From contig NC_045696.1 of the NCBI RefSeq assembly GCF_009834535.1, forward strand, positions 63,800,001 to 63,864,000: a stretch of DNA of 64,000 bases, in the 5' to 3' direction. Shown piece by piece: positions 24,311 through 36,844 of the stretch; position 1 is the stretch's first letter, and each line of letters begins with the position of its first letter. Origin of the DNA: Camelus ferus (taxonomy: Eukaryota). The translations under genes and the position numbers were made by a program. The notes below the pieces were generated by a model, which worked only from the letters and a program-made list of their open reading frames with translations, had not been told where the DNA came from and ran no database searches.

Positions 24311-25234
24311 CTTCTGATTCCAGTCAGAACTCTCACTTCTGGTCAAGATGATTAACAAGAGCAAGAATTACTTTTACAGATAAAACAACTGAAAAACAGA
24401 CAATATATATGAAACGATAGCACTCAAGACAATGCGCATGAGGTGAAGAACGGGGATCCCTGAGAGACAGGAAGCAAATGAGGTGGCCCTACAATGGCCA
24501 CAGCTTACTGACTGGAGAAAGTTTCCAAGCCAAGACACAAGGAAAGAGAACCCAGGTAGAGCCCAGTGGTCTACCTGAGTTGAGGAGATGGAGGTGGGCA
24601 TCCAATGCAGCTAGAGATCATGAGATAGAATACCAGAGAAGTAAGAGTTACATAAAAAGAGAGCTCTAGAGATTCTCAGAAGGTCCTCGTGAATCTTTAA
24701 CTGAGTACTGGTCAGTTAATATGTGGAAAAACTACCTAAGGGGGAAGAATCTCCCAAAATAATGAGCGGGAACAGAACCCAGAGCACACACAAGGTTGGA
24801 TCGTGTGTGTTCCCAAAAGCTAGAATGGAAAAACTCATGATTGTGAGCTTACCAGTTAGAATACAAAGAGAAGTCTGTGGTAAGGGTAAATCCGTAACTC
24901 ATCCTGACCGGAAGTGAAAGACTACAGATACAAAAATGCCCAATACCCAACAAGATAAAATTCACAAGGTCTAACATTGTGAATTTCCTGCAGAGATGCA
25001 GGAAAGTACAAGCCATGATGAGCAAAAAATCCATGAATCAAAACTGGCCCAGAAATGACAGAGTATTAGTAAACAGAAACATCTCACATATATAATTAGT
25101 TGATGTTTGACAAAGGCATCAAGGCAAACCAATGGTGAAAGGGAAGTCTTTTTAACAAATAATGCTGGAATAACTGGACATCTTTATGGAAAAAATGAGC
25201 CCTGATCCCTATCTCACACAGTTCATAAAAATTA

Positions 25235-25551
25235 CAGTTGTCCCTCAGTGTCTGCAGGGGATTGGTTCCAGGACCCCCACCCACACCCCCATGGACACCG
25301 AAATCTGAGTACCTTATATAAAATGATGCAGTGTTCGCATATAACCTACACACTTCCTCCCATATACTTTGTCATCTCTAGATTACTTATAATACCTAAT
25401 ACAATGTAAATGATATGTAAATAGTTGCCAGCACATGGCAAATTCGAGTTTTGCTCTTTGGAATTTTCTGTAACATTTTCTTTTCTAATATTTTTGATCC
25501 TGGTTGACTGAATCCATGGATTTGGAACCTGCAGATACGGAGAGCTGAATG
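25235..25551 (+). mobile_element. MER2B-like Tigger (Tc1/mariner) MITE, full length
   Basis: Termini cagttgtccctcagtgtctgcagg...cctgcagatacggagagctgaatg, TA on both sides; the host L1 rejoins as aaaatta|attcaagatggatc. Confidence 0.85.
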
Positions 25552-25807
25552 TAATTCAAGATGGATCCTAGTTCTAAGTCTAAAAGCTAAAACTATAAAA
25601 CTTCTAGGAACTAAAGTGGGGGAATATTTTTGAGGTTTGGGGTATGCAAAGATTTCTTTAAGATGACATTAAAGCCATGAAATTTAAAAATCAATAAACT
25701 GGACTTCATCAAAATTAAATATTTCTACTCATTAAAAGAATTAAAAAAGGAAAAAGAAAAGCAAGCCATAATCTGAAACAAAATATGTATAATAAAATGC
25801 CCCACCA

Positions 25808-26599
25808 GGGGAGAATAGGGAACCCTGCGCACTGTTGGTGAGAATGTAAATTAGTGCAGCTTCTATGGAAAACAGTACGGAGGCTCCTCCAAAGATTAAA
25901 AATAGAACTAGCATATGATCCAGCAATCCCACTTCTATGTGTTAATCCAAAGGAAACATAAACACTAACTCGAAATGTGCACTCCTATGTTTATTGCAGC
26001 ATTATTTACAATAGCCAAGATATGGGAAAAACCTAAGTGTCTCTTGATAGATGAATAGATAAAGAAAAAATGCACACATATATATGAAGATGTAAAATGG
26101 AATGTTGTTCAATCATAAAAAAGAAGGAAATCCTGCCATTTGTGACAACATGCACGGATCCCTGAGAGCATTATAGTAAGTGAAATAAGTCAGGAATAGA
26201 AAGACAAATAACACGTAATCTCACTTCTGTGTGGAATCTAAAAAATAAACAAACAATAAAAACAAACTCATGTAGGCAGAGAACTGATTGGTGGTTGCAA
26301 TGGGTGAAGGGGATCAGAAGATACAAATTTTACAAAAATTTTTATAAAATAAATAAGTCCTGGGGTTGTAATATACAGCATGGTGATGATAGTTAATAAT
26401 AATGCATATTTCAAAGTTGCTGAAAGAGTAAATCTTACACGTCCTTATCACAAGGAAAAAATTATAACTATGTGTGGTGGTGGATGTTAACCAGACTTAT
26501 TGTGGTGATTATTTCACAATATACATATATACCAAATCATTATGTTGCACACCTGAAACATAATGATTTATGTCAATTGTATCTCAATTAAAAAAAAAA
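25808..26599 (+). mobile_element. L1MA9-like 3' end with poly(A)
   Basis: ORF2 C-terminal text plus 3' UTR (aataagtcctgggg...atacagcatggtga...atgtcaattgtatctcaatt, A10); degenerate TSD aaaatgccccacca / aaaaagtcccacta. Confidence 0.85.
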
Positions 26600-27167
26600 G
26601 TCCCACTAAGAACTTGTATCCAGAACACATAAATAACGTCTACAAGTCAGTATTTTAAAAACCCTGAACAGTCCAATTGTTTTTTAAGATGGGCAAAAGA
26701 CTTGAAAAGACGTTTCACAAAAGAAGACATCAATGGCCAACAAGCACATGAAAGGAGGCTCAACATCTTTAGTCATCAGAGAGATGCCCTCATAGTGCTT
26801 GAGGTCCTACAAGGGAGACAGACATTGAACAAGCAATTAAATGACATTTGATGGACAAAATGACATACCAAAACGACATACCAAAACAGCAGTGGCCTAC
26901 CAAGGGGGTAGTTGCGGTGAGGACAGTCAATGCAGAGTACCATAAAGAGGTGGGCTGTCTGTAAAACTTTTAAAACAATAATGAAACCTACTAAAAGTTG
27001 CCTGACTTTCATTATGTGACAGCAATTCTAGACAATTATCAGTGCAAAAATATTCTTACCCCACCCACTTACCACTGATGGTACTTAAGCCGTTGTTAGA
27101 TATATAATTTAGATCCCATGTCCCCTGAACATTAATCTTGACATATTTCCTCTTTAAATGTTTCCTG

Positions 27168-27350
27168 AATAAACAACAGGGTCCTACTGTATAGCACAGG
27201 GAACTATATTCAATGTCTTGTAATAAACTATAATGGAAAAGCATATGAAAAAGAATATATATGTATAACTAAGTCACTTTGCTGTACACCAGAAACTAAC
27301 ACAATGTTGTAAATTAACTATACTTTGATAAAAAGTAAATAAATAAAAAA
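27168..27350 (+). mobile_element. Cetartiodactyl-type L1 3' end
   Basis: aaacaacagggtcctactgtatagcacagggaactatattcaat...cactttgctgtacaccagaaactaacacaa, followed by an A-rich tail. Confidence 0.85.
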
Positions 27351-27363
27351 TAAAAGCTTCCTG

Positions 27364-27458
27364 GGGGCATAGCTAGAGTAGAGTGTGTGCTTCAAATGCA
27401 TGAGGTCCTGCATTCATTCCCTGGTCCCTCCATTAAGTAAATAAATAAATAAAAATAG
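27364..27458 (+). mobile_element. Degenerate Vic-1-type SINE
   Basis: ggggcatagctagagtagagtgtgtgctt...gcatgaggtcctg, (taaa)n tail; TSD aagcttcctg at 27354-27363 and 27459-27468. Confidence 0.8.
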
Positions 27459-27899
27459 AAGCTTCCTGAAGTAGGAATTTTAAATGGTTGCGTGATACTC
27501 CTTTATAGTTTGTTAACCAATCCCCTCTTATTGAACACTGAAAGCGTTCCCAATTTTTCAGTCATACAAATGACATTGAGATACTACCTCTAGGCATAAA
27601 TCTTTGACATTTTTTCAAGTTATTTCCTTAGGAGAGAAGCATCTCTTCTTGATGTTTGATGTGTATGAAATTCTTGGACAGTGAATTAATTAGCTGGAAA
27701 TGTAGAAATGGGAGTGTATGTGCAAGGACCAGGCGGATGCCCCCTCCAGGGCTGAGAGAGGCAAAGACGGCGGGGCAGCAAGATGCGGAGCAACCCGGGA
27801 GAATGCCTGGAGGAAGAGGAACACAAGCAGGACTCTAAATGGCAGGCAGAGGCAGAAGGAGGCCACGCCTGCACCCAGCGCAGAGATGAGAAGTCCCTG

Positions 27900-28085
27900 G
27901 AGGCTGCCGTGCTCCTTGTGGCTGGCAGACTTTACCTGGTGTCTCAGATTCTTCATCTTTAAAAAGAACTTAGAAATAGTACCTAACTCTGTAACACTCT
28001 TCTGTGGCTTAAATTGGTTAATGCTTATAAAGCGCCTAGAACGTGATCTGGCACACTCGGAGTGCTATATACATGTTTGGTAAAT
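27900..28085 (+). mobile_element. MIR SINE fragment
   Basis: gtctcagattcttcatctttaaaa...aatagtacctaactc...ataaagcgcctagaac...ctggcacac. Confidence 0.65.
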
Positions 28086-29839
28086 AAAATAGAAGTAAGT
28101 GTGACTTCTGCGGGGAGCCTAAGACAGTGCCCAGGCAGGAAATCTGCACTGAAGAGCGCACAAAACAAAAGCCTTGCATCCCTGGTGCCTTGTGACTGGC
28201 AACCTTGCCCTGGAGTCAGCTCCCAACAGAGCAAATGCCGAGGCCCTTGGGGAGCCAGATGCGTTTTCTCTCTGACTCTGGCCTGCTCGCAAAGATAAGC
28301 TGGGAGAAAGGAAACACTGAAAGCGCAGCCTTCCCCCTCCATCAGCTCCTTGGGGGCACCAGTCACTGCTTATTAAGCAGTTTATGTCATTAAGCATCTC
28401 CCTGGGGACCTGGGGAACCACAGGACAGCGTAGATAATGAAGATCTATTGCATAAGCAGATAAAGTCCAATGGATGGAGACCTCCTCCCGCACTCCCTGG
28501 CCGCCCCCACCCCAGCAGTCCTGGCTGCTTTTCCTTAGTGGGGGTTCAACGTGGATTTAATTTTCTCACTCCTTGTGGGAAAAGGCATTGCTCCCAGCTT
28601 AAGGAGCCTCTCTGCATCTGTTCCCTGAGGCTGAGCATCTAGTTCCTCCAGGCAAAAGCTGGACTGCTCCCCTTGCCCTGGGGCGCTTCCGACCCACCTC
28701 ACTTCCCTTTTTGTGCCTTGAGATCAAGTCTAGGGCCTGCTCTTGGGCCTTTCCAACTACGGGGAGCTCCCCTCAAAAATAAAAGCCTGATGCAAATTTA
28801 AAAAAATGTTTTTTTAATTTTTAAAAATTATTAGAAGTCCTGTGGAGGCCAGCCATGTTAAATTAAAAAAATAATTTAAAATTTTTAAATTAATTAATTA
28901 ATTTAAAAAAATCTGGACGTTCTGTGAAGTGGAAGGCCGCTGAGAGGCCAGGCAGCACCTGGAGGCGGGGTGGGCTGGGTGAGGTCACGAGGGGAGGAAC
29001 AGGCAGGAACATTCTGCCTGGGCCCCGGGGCCAGTGGAGCCCTGGGCACGCCTCACCAGGTGGTTTATTTTACTCCATCCATGGACCTCTCACTCTGATT
29101 GCGCTGGGTTTGTGTCATCAGGGAAGAGAAACAGGTGAAAAGACCCCTCTAATGTCTAGCACACGTTTCCCTGAGCCTTCTTGAATCAGTGTTTTGGAGT
29201 CTGTGTCCCGCTGTTCCACGTCCTTGGCCTCCTGTCTTGTCTGTCTGCTCCAGACCCTGCTTATCAGCTCATCCAAGCTAAATGAGTTTCACGTATGCCA
29301 CCTGAACCTCACATGCCCTCCAGTCCAAATATGGGACTTTAAAAATCTTCCCCAACACACAGGTCCCGCCATGTCTGTGTTTATTCCATTCTTGTACCCC
29401 TCACCCCATCTCACTGCATCCCACCTCTGTGTTTACTCTTAGAACTCTTAGAACCTGACGACTACACAAGATATTGCATCATAGTCACCCTGAGTTTACT
29501 TTCACAGAAAAAGTGCCCACAAGTCTCCATGGTTTAGAATAATAGCGTTAACCTGACTATTTGCCTGAAGCAGAGCATTAGGAAAAGCATCTTTCTCTTA
29601 ACCTGGTGAACCATCTAGTTCCGAGGCAGAGATGAAATCAGAAATACTACAGCTGGAAAAGAGTTCACACACCAAAACCAGCACGGTGCTAAAAATGGGA
29701 TGGGGGGAAATGAACAGCACATGGATTATCTGGTTGAGAGAAGCACCCAGCATATGGGAATCAGAGGACTTTGAAGGGTAGCGGTACAGAATTAAATTAA
29801 AACACTGGAACTGCTATTCTGAGGAATTTGTCTTTAATT

Positions 29840-29992
29840 CAGTATTTCTCTACCTGAGCATTTTTTGCATTTTTGAAAAATAATTCTTTGTTTTAGGGGG
29901 CTATACTGTGCCTTGTAGGATACTTAGCAGAATTCCTGGTCTGTACCCACTAGATGCTGGAAATACCTTCCCCAGTGTGACAAAAAAATTTT
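29840..29992. mobile_element. MER20 hAT element fragment
   Basis: ataattctttgttttagggggctatactgtgccttgtaggatacttagcagaattcctggtctgtacccactagatgc. Confidence 0.75.
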
Positions 29993-30679
29993 CAGTGTGG
30001 AAACTGGTACTTATACCCCACAAGAAAGATAAGATTAGCCACTGGGATGAGGGAAATAAAATATTAGAACTTCTATATATTTTTAGTTGATTATAAAAAA
30101 TCAAAATATTATAAAAATTTAATTATAAAAAATATAAATATAAAATATTTAACTTTTATTAACATTAATGATGTCTTCATCCAAGATATGTCAGTGAGAT
30201 GCACATAACTTGGACAGGTAGACAGGAACCTCCTCATTTGTTCTGTCCCTCTGGGCTTATCACAAAGTGTTCCAGTTCATATGTGTACAAATAGGTGAAT
30301 TTAGTAATTATTTTAAATGGCAGATGGTAACAATAAAGGCCAAACAGGGTATCCCATGGCAAGGCACTTAAAATTGAGGCACAATTTTTCTCTTACAAAA
30401 AGAGAAATTATTCCAAATTTGCTGCTCTTCCCTGTGATAGGTGGTATGGGGGTAGTAGATATTTTCCATACATGCATAATCCATCCGTTCAAAGAAAAGG
30501 TGATGTTTTACAATGAATGGAAATGTAACTACTTTTAAAAAGAAACTTGTGCTAAGGCACTTGTGGCAAAGAGCTAGAGAACTTGAAAATCCCTCCTGAA
30601 ATAGAACATATTCTGTATAAAATACAAACAGGCACACTTTTAGATTCAGGACTGACTGAGCTGAAAGTAAGGAAAACCA

Positions 30680-30811
30680 CCAGATTTTCACGGTGGGATG
30701 CAGAGCCTAAACATACTGAGGGCGGGCCAGGGGACTTAAGCGTCTGTGGATCTGGGGAATCTGTGGTCAGTGCCGGAACCAAATACTCCTGCAAATACTG
30801 AGGGATGACTG
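30680..30811 (-). mobile_element. MER8-like Tigger MITE fragment
   Basis: Minus strand ta-cagtcatccctcagtatttgcaggagtatttggttcc...cttaagtccc...gccctcagtat...gcatccc. Confidence 0.65.
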
Positions 30812-30849
30812 TACTGTCAAAAAGGCCCAGGCGTTTGTGGAAAAAGACC

Positions 30850-32560
30850 AAATAGAATTCTAAATATGAGGAAATACAATTATTGTAATTAAAAACTAAA
30901 TGGATAAGAAAAAAAAAACCAGGTGGACATTAAACATGAAATAAGGCACACTGCAGAAATAATTAGTGAGCTGGAAGATAGATCAAAAGGAATATGCAGA
31001 ATATGTATTTTTTGGAGTCAACCGAAAAACAAAGTGCTAAAAGAAAATAATTGTCAACCAAGAATTGTAAACCTAACTAAAATATTATTCAACAAAAAGA
31101 ACTGAAAACATTTTCAAATGAAAACTGAGAAATTTTGCGATAAACAGAACAGTTACTAATGGAACCTCTAAAAAAGAAGTGCTTCAGAGGACGAAGACAA
31201 TCCTGCCGGGAAGCTCTGAGCTTCAAGAAGGAATGATTTTCCGTTTAGAACAAGGATTTCCTTATTATTAGTTGGTTGCTAATAACTACTATTAGTTCCT
31301 AATTATTAAAGGTTTATATACAAATTTGTGTTACTTTGACCATTTAACCGCAGTGCAAGAATTTAAAAATAACTGTCATATGTTAAAGACTTTTCTGCCA
31401 CTTATTCATAATAAAATTTTAGACCTTTTAAAAAAAAGGAGGAAAAGAAAGAAAAAAGGCCAAAAAAACCCAAACAAGCAAACACAAGCAAATACCATTT
31501 AGAAGAAAATGTTTATTTGGAAATACAAACATACAGATTGGGAAGGAAGAAATAAAATTGTCTTTGTTCACAGATAGCGTAATTGTCTGCATAGAAAATC
31601 CAAAAGAATAGACCAGGAAAACAAAACAAAACAAAACCTCAAAGCAAAAACGACTGATTAGTAATAACAGCAAGATTAACAGATACAATACTCAAAAGGC
31701 AATAGCTTTCCTATACACCAGCAGTGAACAGTAAGGTAAAAATTTATGTTTACACAGAAACCTGCACACTAATGTTTACAGCAGCCTTATTTATAATTGC
31801 CAGAACTTGGAAGCAACCAAGGTGTCCTTCAATAGGTGAATGGATAAACAAACTGTCGTACACCCAAGCTGTTGTATACAATGGAATGTTATTCAGTGAT
31901 CAAAAGAAGTGAGCTAGCAAGCTGTGAAAAGACATGATGGAACCTTGAGTGGGTATTGCTAAGTGAAAAAAAACCAGTCTGAAAATGCTACATATTGTGT
32001 GATTCTAATTATCTGACACTCTGGAAAAGGCAAAACTTTGAAGACAGTGAAAAAAAAAGTGGTTTCCAGGGGTTTGGAGGAGGCAGGAAGGTATGAATAA
32101 ATGGAGCACAGGGAATTTTTAGGGCAGTGAAACTGTTCTGTATAATACTATAATGATGGATATGTGATGTTATGCACTTTTCAAAACCTATAGCACTGAG
32201 AACACAAAGAGTGAACCCTAAACTAAGGATATTGGCTAATAGTGTATCAATATTGGTTCATTACTTGTAACAAACAGACCCCATCTCAAGTTAGACGTTC
32301 ATCTAACGTTAGAGGTTAATAGGGGAGACTGTGCAAGGTGGGAGGGGTTCACCAGGGGGTGAATGGGAACACTTTGTGCTTCCTGCCCGATTTTTCTGTA
32401 AACTTAAAACTGCTCTTTAAAAACCCTCTATTAATTCAAATAACTATTAGAACTAACGTGTTCAGCAAGATTCCAGGATACAGGATCAACATATAAAAAT
32501 CAACATACAGTGTCTCAACATACAAAGTATTTCTTTAGCAGCAATGAACAATCTGAAAAT
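30850..32560 (+). mobile_element. L1 fragments: ORF1 remnant, RT remnant and L1MC-type 3' UTR (about 31735-32435)
   Basis: KVLKENNCQPRI (ORF1); EEIKLSLFTDSVIVCIENPKE (decayed FADD region); MFTAALFIIARTWKQPRCPSIGEWINKL; 3' UTR tttttagggcagtgaaactgttctgtat. Confidence 0.85.
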
Positions 32561-32589
32561 TCATCACTATAGCCGTAATTCAATCCCTC

Positions 32590-32682
32590 AAGAGTCACAC
32601 GCGACTAGCAGCCATTCTGTGGGCCAGCACCGCATAGAACTTTGCCATCACTGTAGAAAATTCTACTGCCCAGCACCGCCCT
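32590..32682. mobile_element. MER3-like hAT MITE half
   Basis: catagaactttgccatcactgtagaaaattctactgcccagcaccg resembles the MER3 terminus. Confidence 0.55.
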
Positions 32683-34229
32683 AGCACAAAACAAGGGCTC
32701 TGTCTCCTCACCTCACAAATGGGGATAGTTTCCATCTCTCAGGTTGCTGTGACTGTTAAATAAAATGGTGTTTGAAACAGAGTAAGTGTTCGAGAAGTGG
32801 TGGTCTCGTGCTTAATAAACAGGAGGTCAGCCGTGTTGGTTGTTTGAAAGCCCCGGTGATGCTCAGTGTTACCACTAACTCTGTTACCTTGGACAGATCA
32901 TTTCACCTCCTTTCAACTCAGCGCCCTTGTCTGAAAAACACAAGAGTTGGACCAGATGCTGTGATCAATTCTGACATTCAAAAAGCCTATTAATCAAAGA
33001 ATCTTTCAATGATAAGTGATTAAAAAATGTTTTCACTCTATCTCCTTCACAAATCATGTAAAATGTAGAGAAAAGGAACCAGGGGAAATTTTTTTTTTCT
33101 CATTTTCACAAAAGGTCCTAGAATTCTTGGCAAAATTTAACAATTAAAAATGATTCACTTTTTCGATACATTGAGGAAGGAAGAAAGAAAGGGCAGGAGG
33201 TGGGGTTGGAGGGGCGGAGAAAGCATATAAATTTACAGGTTGACTCAACCTGTTCCAGCTGGCAGCTGGCGTGGTGGGGCTGGGGACACTTGACCTCGAT
33301 TTATCTTCTGCACAAAGCGGGAGGGAAGGGCTTCCTGCCATCCTTTGTCATCAAGCAGGCCAAGCCTGGCTAATGGGAACTGTCACCTGGGCCTTTCCAG
33401 GTCAGAAACGAAGAACAGCAATTAACTTCTCTCAGAGGCCAGCAGCCCTGAGCTGGCCCTGCTAGGCCAGGTAGCTAAATCATTAAAGACACAGTTCTTT
33501 TCAGTGATAAATTGTGCAGGCGCGTGAAACCCGCTGCTGGCCATTAATCTGGGCTAATCAGGTTGAAAGCTGGGTTGTTTTATTTGGTAATTAACGGGTT
33601 ATGTGAAAAACATGATCCATGGCCTGGGGTGTGTCTATAGAGCGCTGCCCGGGCAGAGAGAATGGAGGACCATGGGGATTCTCTGGAGAGCCACTCAGCC
33701 TTATGCAATTACAGCCATTGGCAAATGCTGAAAAATGACCCTGGGTTCGTATTGACACCCAGGAAAGAAACATTCCTGCCAACAGCGCAGGCGGAGTCTT
33801 GAAGGCTGATAATTGCTCTCTCCCCTCTGCCCCTACCTGCTGCCGACTAAACCAGCCCCAAGGTTTCAGAGATGCCCGGTGATGCTGCAGGCACACACCG
33901 CTCCCTGTGGCTGTGGACAGCCTGTGTTCCAAAGGGGGCAGGATGGAGGGTGGCGCCCTTTGTAGAAATGCAGGTCCCAAAAGGAAGAGGAGGAAGGTGA
34001 GGGTGGGAGAAGTGAATAGTTCTGGCTTGACACCTTGGCATCTGGTGCTCCGAGAAGGCCAAGAAGGAACGACCACTTGGCAACTGGATGGATGGATCTG
34101 GAGCTCAGGACCTGTGCTAGAGGTCTGGGCTGGAGCTGTGAGCCTAGAGGAGCACGGTCATCCAGGAGAGGGTGCATCGGGAGCAAAGAGCAGGAGGCCC
34201 AGGGCCCCGGGCATGGTCCAGCGGGAAGT

Positions 34230-35085
34230 CAGTGCCCACCTATAGCCCAGTCCCCCTCGCTTGATTCTGCTGCTGCTCTTCTTACTTGATTCCCTCCTCT
34301 ACTCCTGCTGCTCATCGAGTCACCAGAGGCCAAGTCCTGCCTATTCCACCTGCTCAGTTGCCCTCCACTCTGTTCTCCTTCCCCACGGCCTGCCTCCTTG
34401 ACAGCATCCTGGCATCTCTGTTGCAGAATCTGAAGCAGTAGCTGCTTTCAGGTCTGCCCACTTCCATTCTTCCAAACCAGATGGAGTCAGAGACTCCTCT
34501 GACTGAGTCTCCCTGTGGAGCCAGGGTGATCTTTCTAAACTGCAAGTTGGCCTAAAACCCTTGAGATGCTCGAGTCATGTCAAGATCAAATCAAATCCTT
34601 TACCTGGTGGCCAAGGTCTGGCGTGGTATCAGGGTTCCGGTATCACAGTATCGTGGTACTGTTGCCCGTCCAGCCCTGTCTCCAGCCACTTCCCCTCCCT
34701 TCACCCTCTGTGACCCAGCCACCCAGCACACACTTCTTCAGATGTGCCAGGCGCACGAATCTGCAAATCTGTGTCCTCCTCTCAGAAACCTTTTCCCCGC
34801 CCACCTCCACCTTAGCTCCTACTCAACCTCTGGGTGTCAACTGGAACATCCCGTCTTCTAGGATAACTCACCTGGCCCCTCAAGCTGGATTTGGAGACTT
34901 GTGGGTGCCATGCCCCGGGGCTTTCAGGGCACCCACCACTTCATGGTCAATGTCTGCTTCTCTGTCCCTCCAGGCCCTGGGAAAGCAAGGACACACCCAT
35001 AGTGCTGTTTATTCTGTTGCACTTCCAGCTCCTAAAATGGTTCCTGACATAGTAGGCACTCGATAAAGTCTGTTGCGTGAATGGT
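34230..35085 (+). mobile_element. L2 LINE 3' region
   Basis: gccagggtgatctttctaaactgcaag...; ends cctgacatagtaggcactcgataaagtctgttgcgtgaatg. Confidence 0.75.
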
Positions 35086-35504
35086 TAAAAACATTCTTTG
35101 AATCATAAGGCCTTTTGAAGGGCATTGAGATACAACCCTCACTGTACAAATAAGGAAACTGACCCCGGAGAAGGCCAATAATGTACTGAGTCATGTGGCA
35201 AACTCATGGCAGATCAAAAAGGGATCGTGGGTGTCCTGGCCCAGCCCAGGGGGCTCTCCAGCAAACTCCACCACCTTTCAGTTCACATCTGCCACTGCTT
35301 TCTCTTTGGAAGATTTACTATTTAAATTCCTTGTGGAAGGCCCTCGACCTTTTGATCAATTTAAGCAATTTCTCCAGACGAGCAGCCTGTAAGTGGGGAT
35401 AGCTGACATGGCCACATAACATTGACGACTAAGAAAAATCCAAGGAGGATTCTTGAAAGTCTATGATAACCTTCTAGGATTCTCTAGGGGCAGGTCTGTT
35501 GACA

Positions 35505-35680
35505 AGTAAGAGAGAGTGTTTTGGAACCAGAAATTTTACACCTGGGTTTAAATTCTGGTTCTGCCATTCATTAGCTATGTAATTTAGGGCAATTTACTGG
35601 ACCTCTCTGTGCCCTATTTTTTAATGAGGATAATAATAACACTGACCTAATCAATTATTGCTAATAACAAGTGAGGAGCT
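35505..35680 (+). mobile_element. MIR SINE
   Basis: cctgggtttaaattctggttctgccattcattagctatgtaatttagggcaatttact. Confidence 0.7.
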
Positions 35681-35689
35681 AATAACGGC

Positions 35690-35935
35690 AGATGATGTTT
35701 ATTAAGGGCCAGATACTATGCTAAATGCTTAGTATGTCTTATTGCAATCTCTAGTGCATCTGTATCTTATATGTCTTACCTTACATCGTATCTCAGTATC
35801 CACCTAGAACAACATACTATGATTACCCCCATTCCATAGATGAAAAAAGCACCACACAGAGAGGTTCAGTAAACTGCCCAAGGTCACACAGTCAGTAAGT
35901 GGAGAAGCCAGGACCAGCTCACTTCTACCCACTGC
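35690..35935 (-). mobile_element. MIR SINE
   Basis: attacccccattccatagatgaaaaaa...agagaggttcagtaaactgcccaaggtcacacag. Confidence 0.75.
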
Positions 35936-36844
35936 CCTCAGTTTCCTGTGCAGCCCAGTGCCTGACCCACGGCTCCGCTTACGCTTCCTGCTGTGAGTAG
36001 AGGCAGCACCGGAAGCAACCATTGAAATTGCATTTTGTCCGGGGCTTGGTTCAGAGTTGCTGCTCAATAAATGGTAGCTTGTAGGTCAATAAATTGACCA
36101 CGAAGAGGTTGGTTCCCCCAGAGCCCAGTGCTGTGGCACGCACAGGAAGGCTCTGAGACCACCTTGAGGGGCCAGGCAAGTTGTCCTAGGAGAGAGGACA
36201 TTCCGGTTGACACCCCAAAGCTATCAACCTGAAGAGTCTGTGCCCGGGAATCTGTTTTCTATTTTTTCTACCCTTTCTTTAAAAGGGGTCGAGGAGCCCT
36301 TGGGAGGAAATCCAACCAGCAGGAATGGGTCCTCACAGAGCTGTGGAAAGATGTGCAGGCCATTAGAGCTGTGGCCCTGGCTGGTTTCCAGTCCGTTAGC
36401 TGTCAAGGCAAGATGTGCCAGGCCCCCAGGCTCATCTCCTTCCAGGCCTGAGGCCTGGTGGAGTACCAGGCCAAAATGCCACAGGGGCAGCTGACCTAGC
36501 CCCTACAGGACTGTGAAAGCCTGGGGGCTTCTGTTACACCAAGACTGGGCCCTGGATGTCAGCTGAAAGACACGCACCCTGATGGGCCCCGTCCCTCCTA
36601 GGCCAGCCGTGCAACACAGGGGACATTCCTGCTGTCTCCTTCCTCCAGGGGAAGCCTCTCATCCCTCAAAGACATGCGTCTTTTTTGGACTGATTGCCTG
36701 GCTGAGCAAGGGCAAGAATCAGCCAGTTAGGTCCAACTTCACAGGAGCACCAAGGGTGCCATTCCTTGGAAACATGGGGAGTTACTGAACCCCAGAGATG
36801 GAAGGGTGCTTGCTTGGAGATCTCCTATAAAGGTAGGTGCTATG

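Larger units (their letters stand above)
24320..26790 (+). mobile_element. Second old L1M segment (5' region plus ORF2 3' fragments), interrupted by MER2B and an L1MA9-like insertion
   Basis: 24380-24500 resembles 21290-21420; ORF2 text gtttgacaaaggcatcaagg..., ctggacttcatcaaaattaaa, tgggcaaaagacttgaaaagacgtttcacaaaagaagac. Confidence 0.75.

Noticed and set aside
21240..26790. Active retroelement or novel reverse transcriptase system
   Set aside because: Fragmentary L1 with many stops, large deletions and nested insertions; the RT motif elsewhere (about 31560) is degenerate (FTDS).
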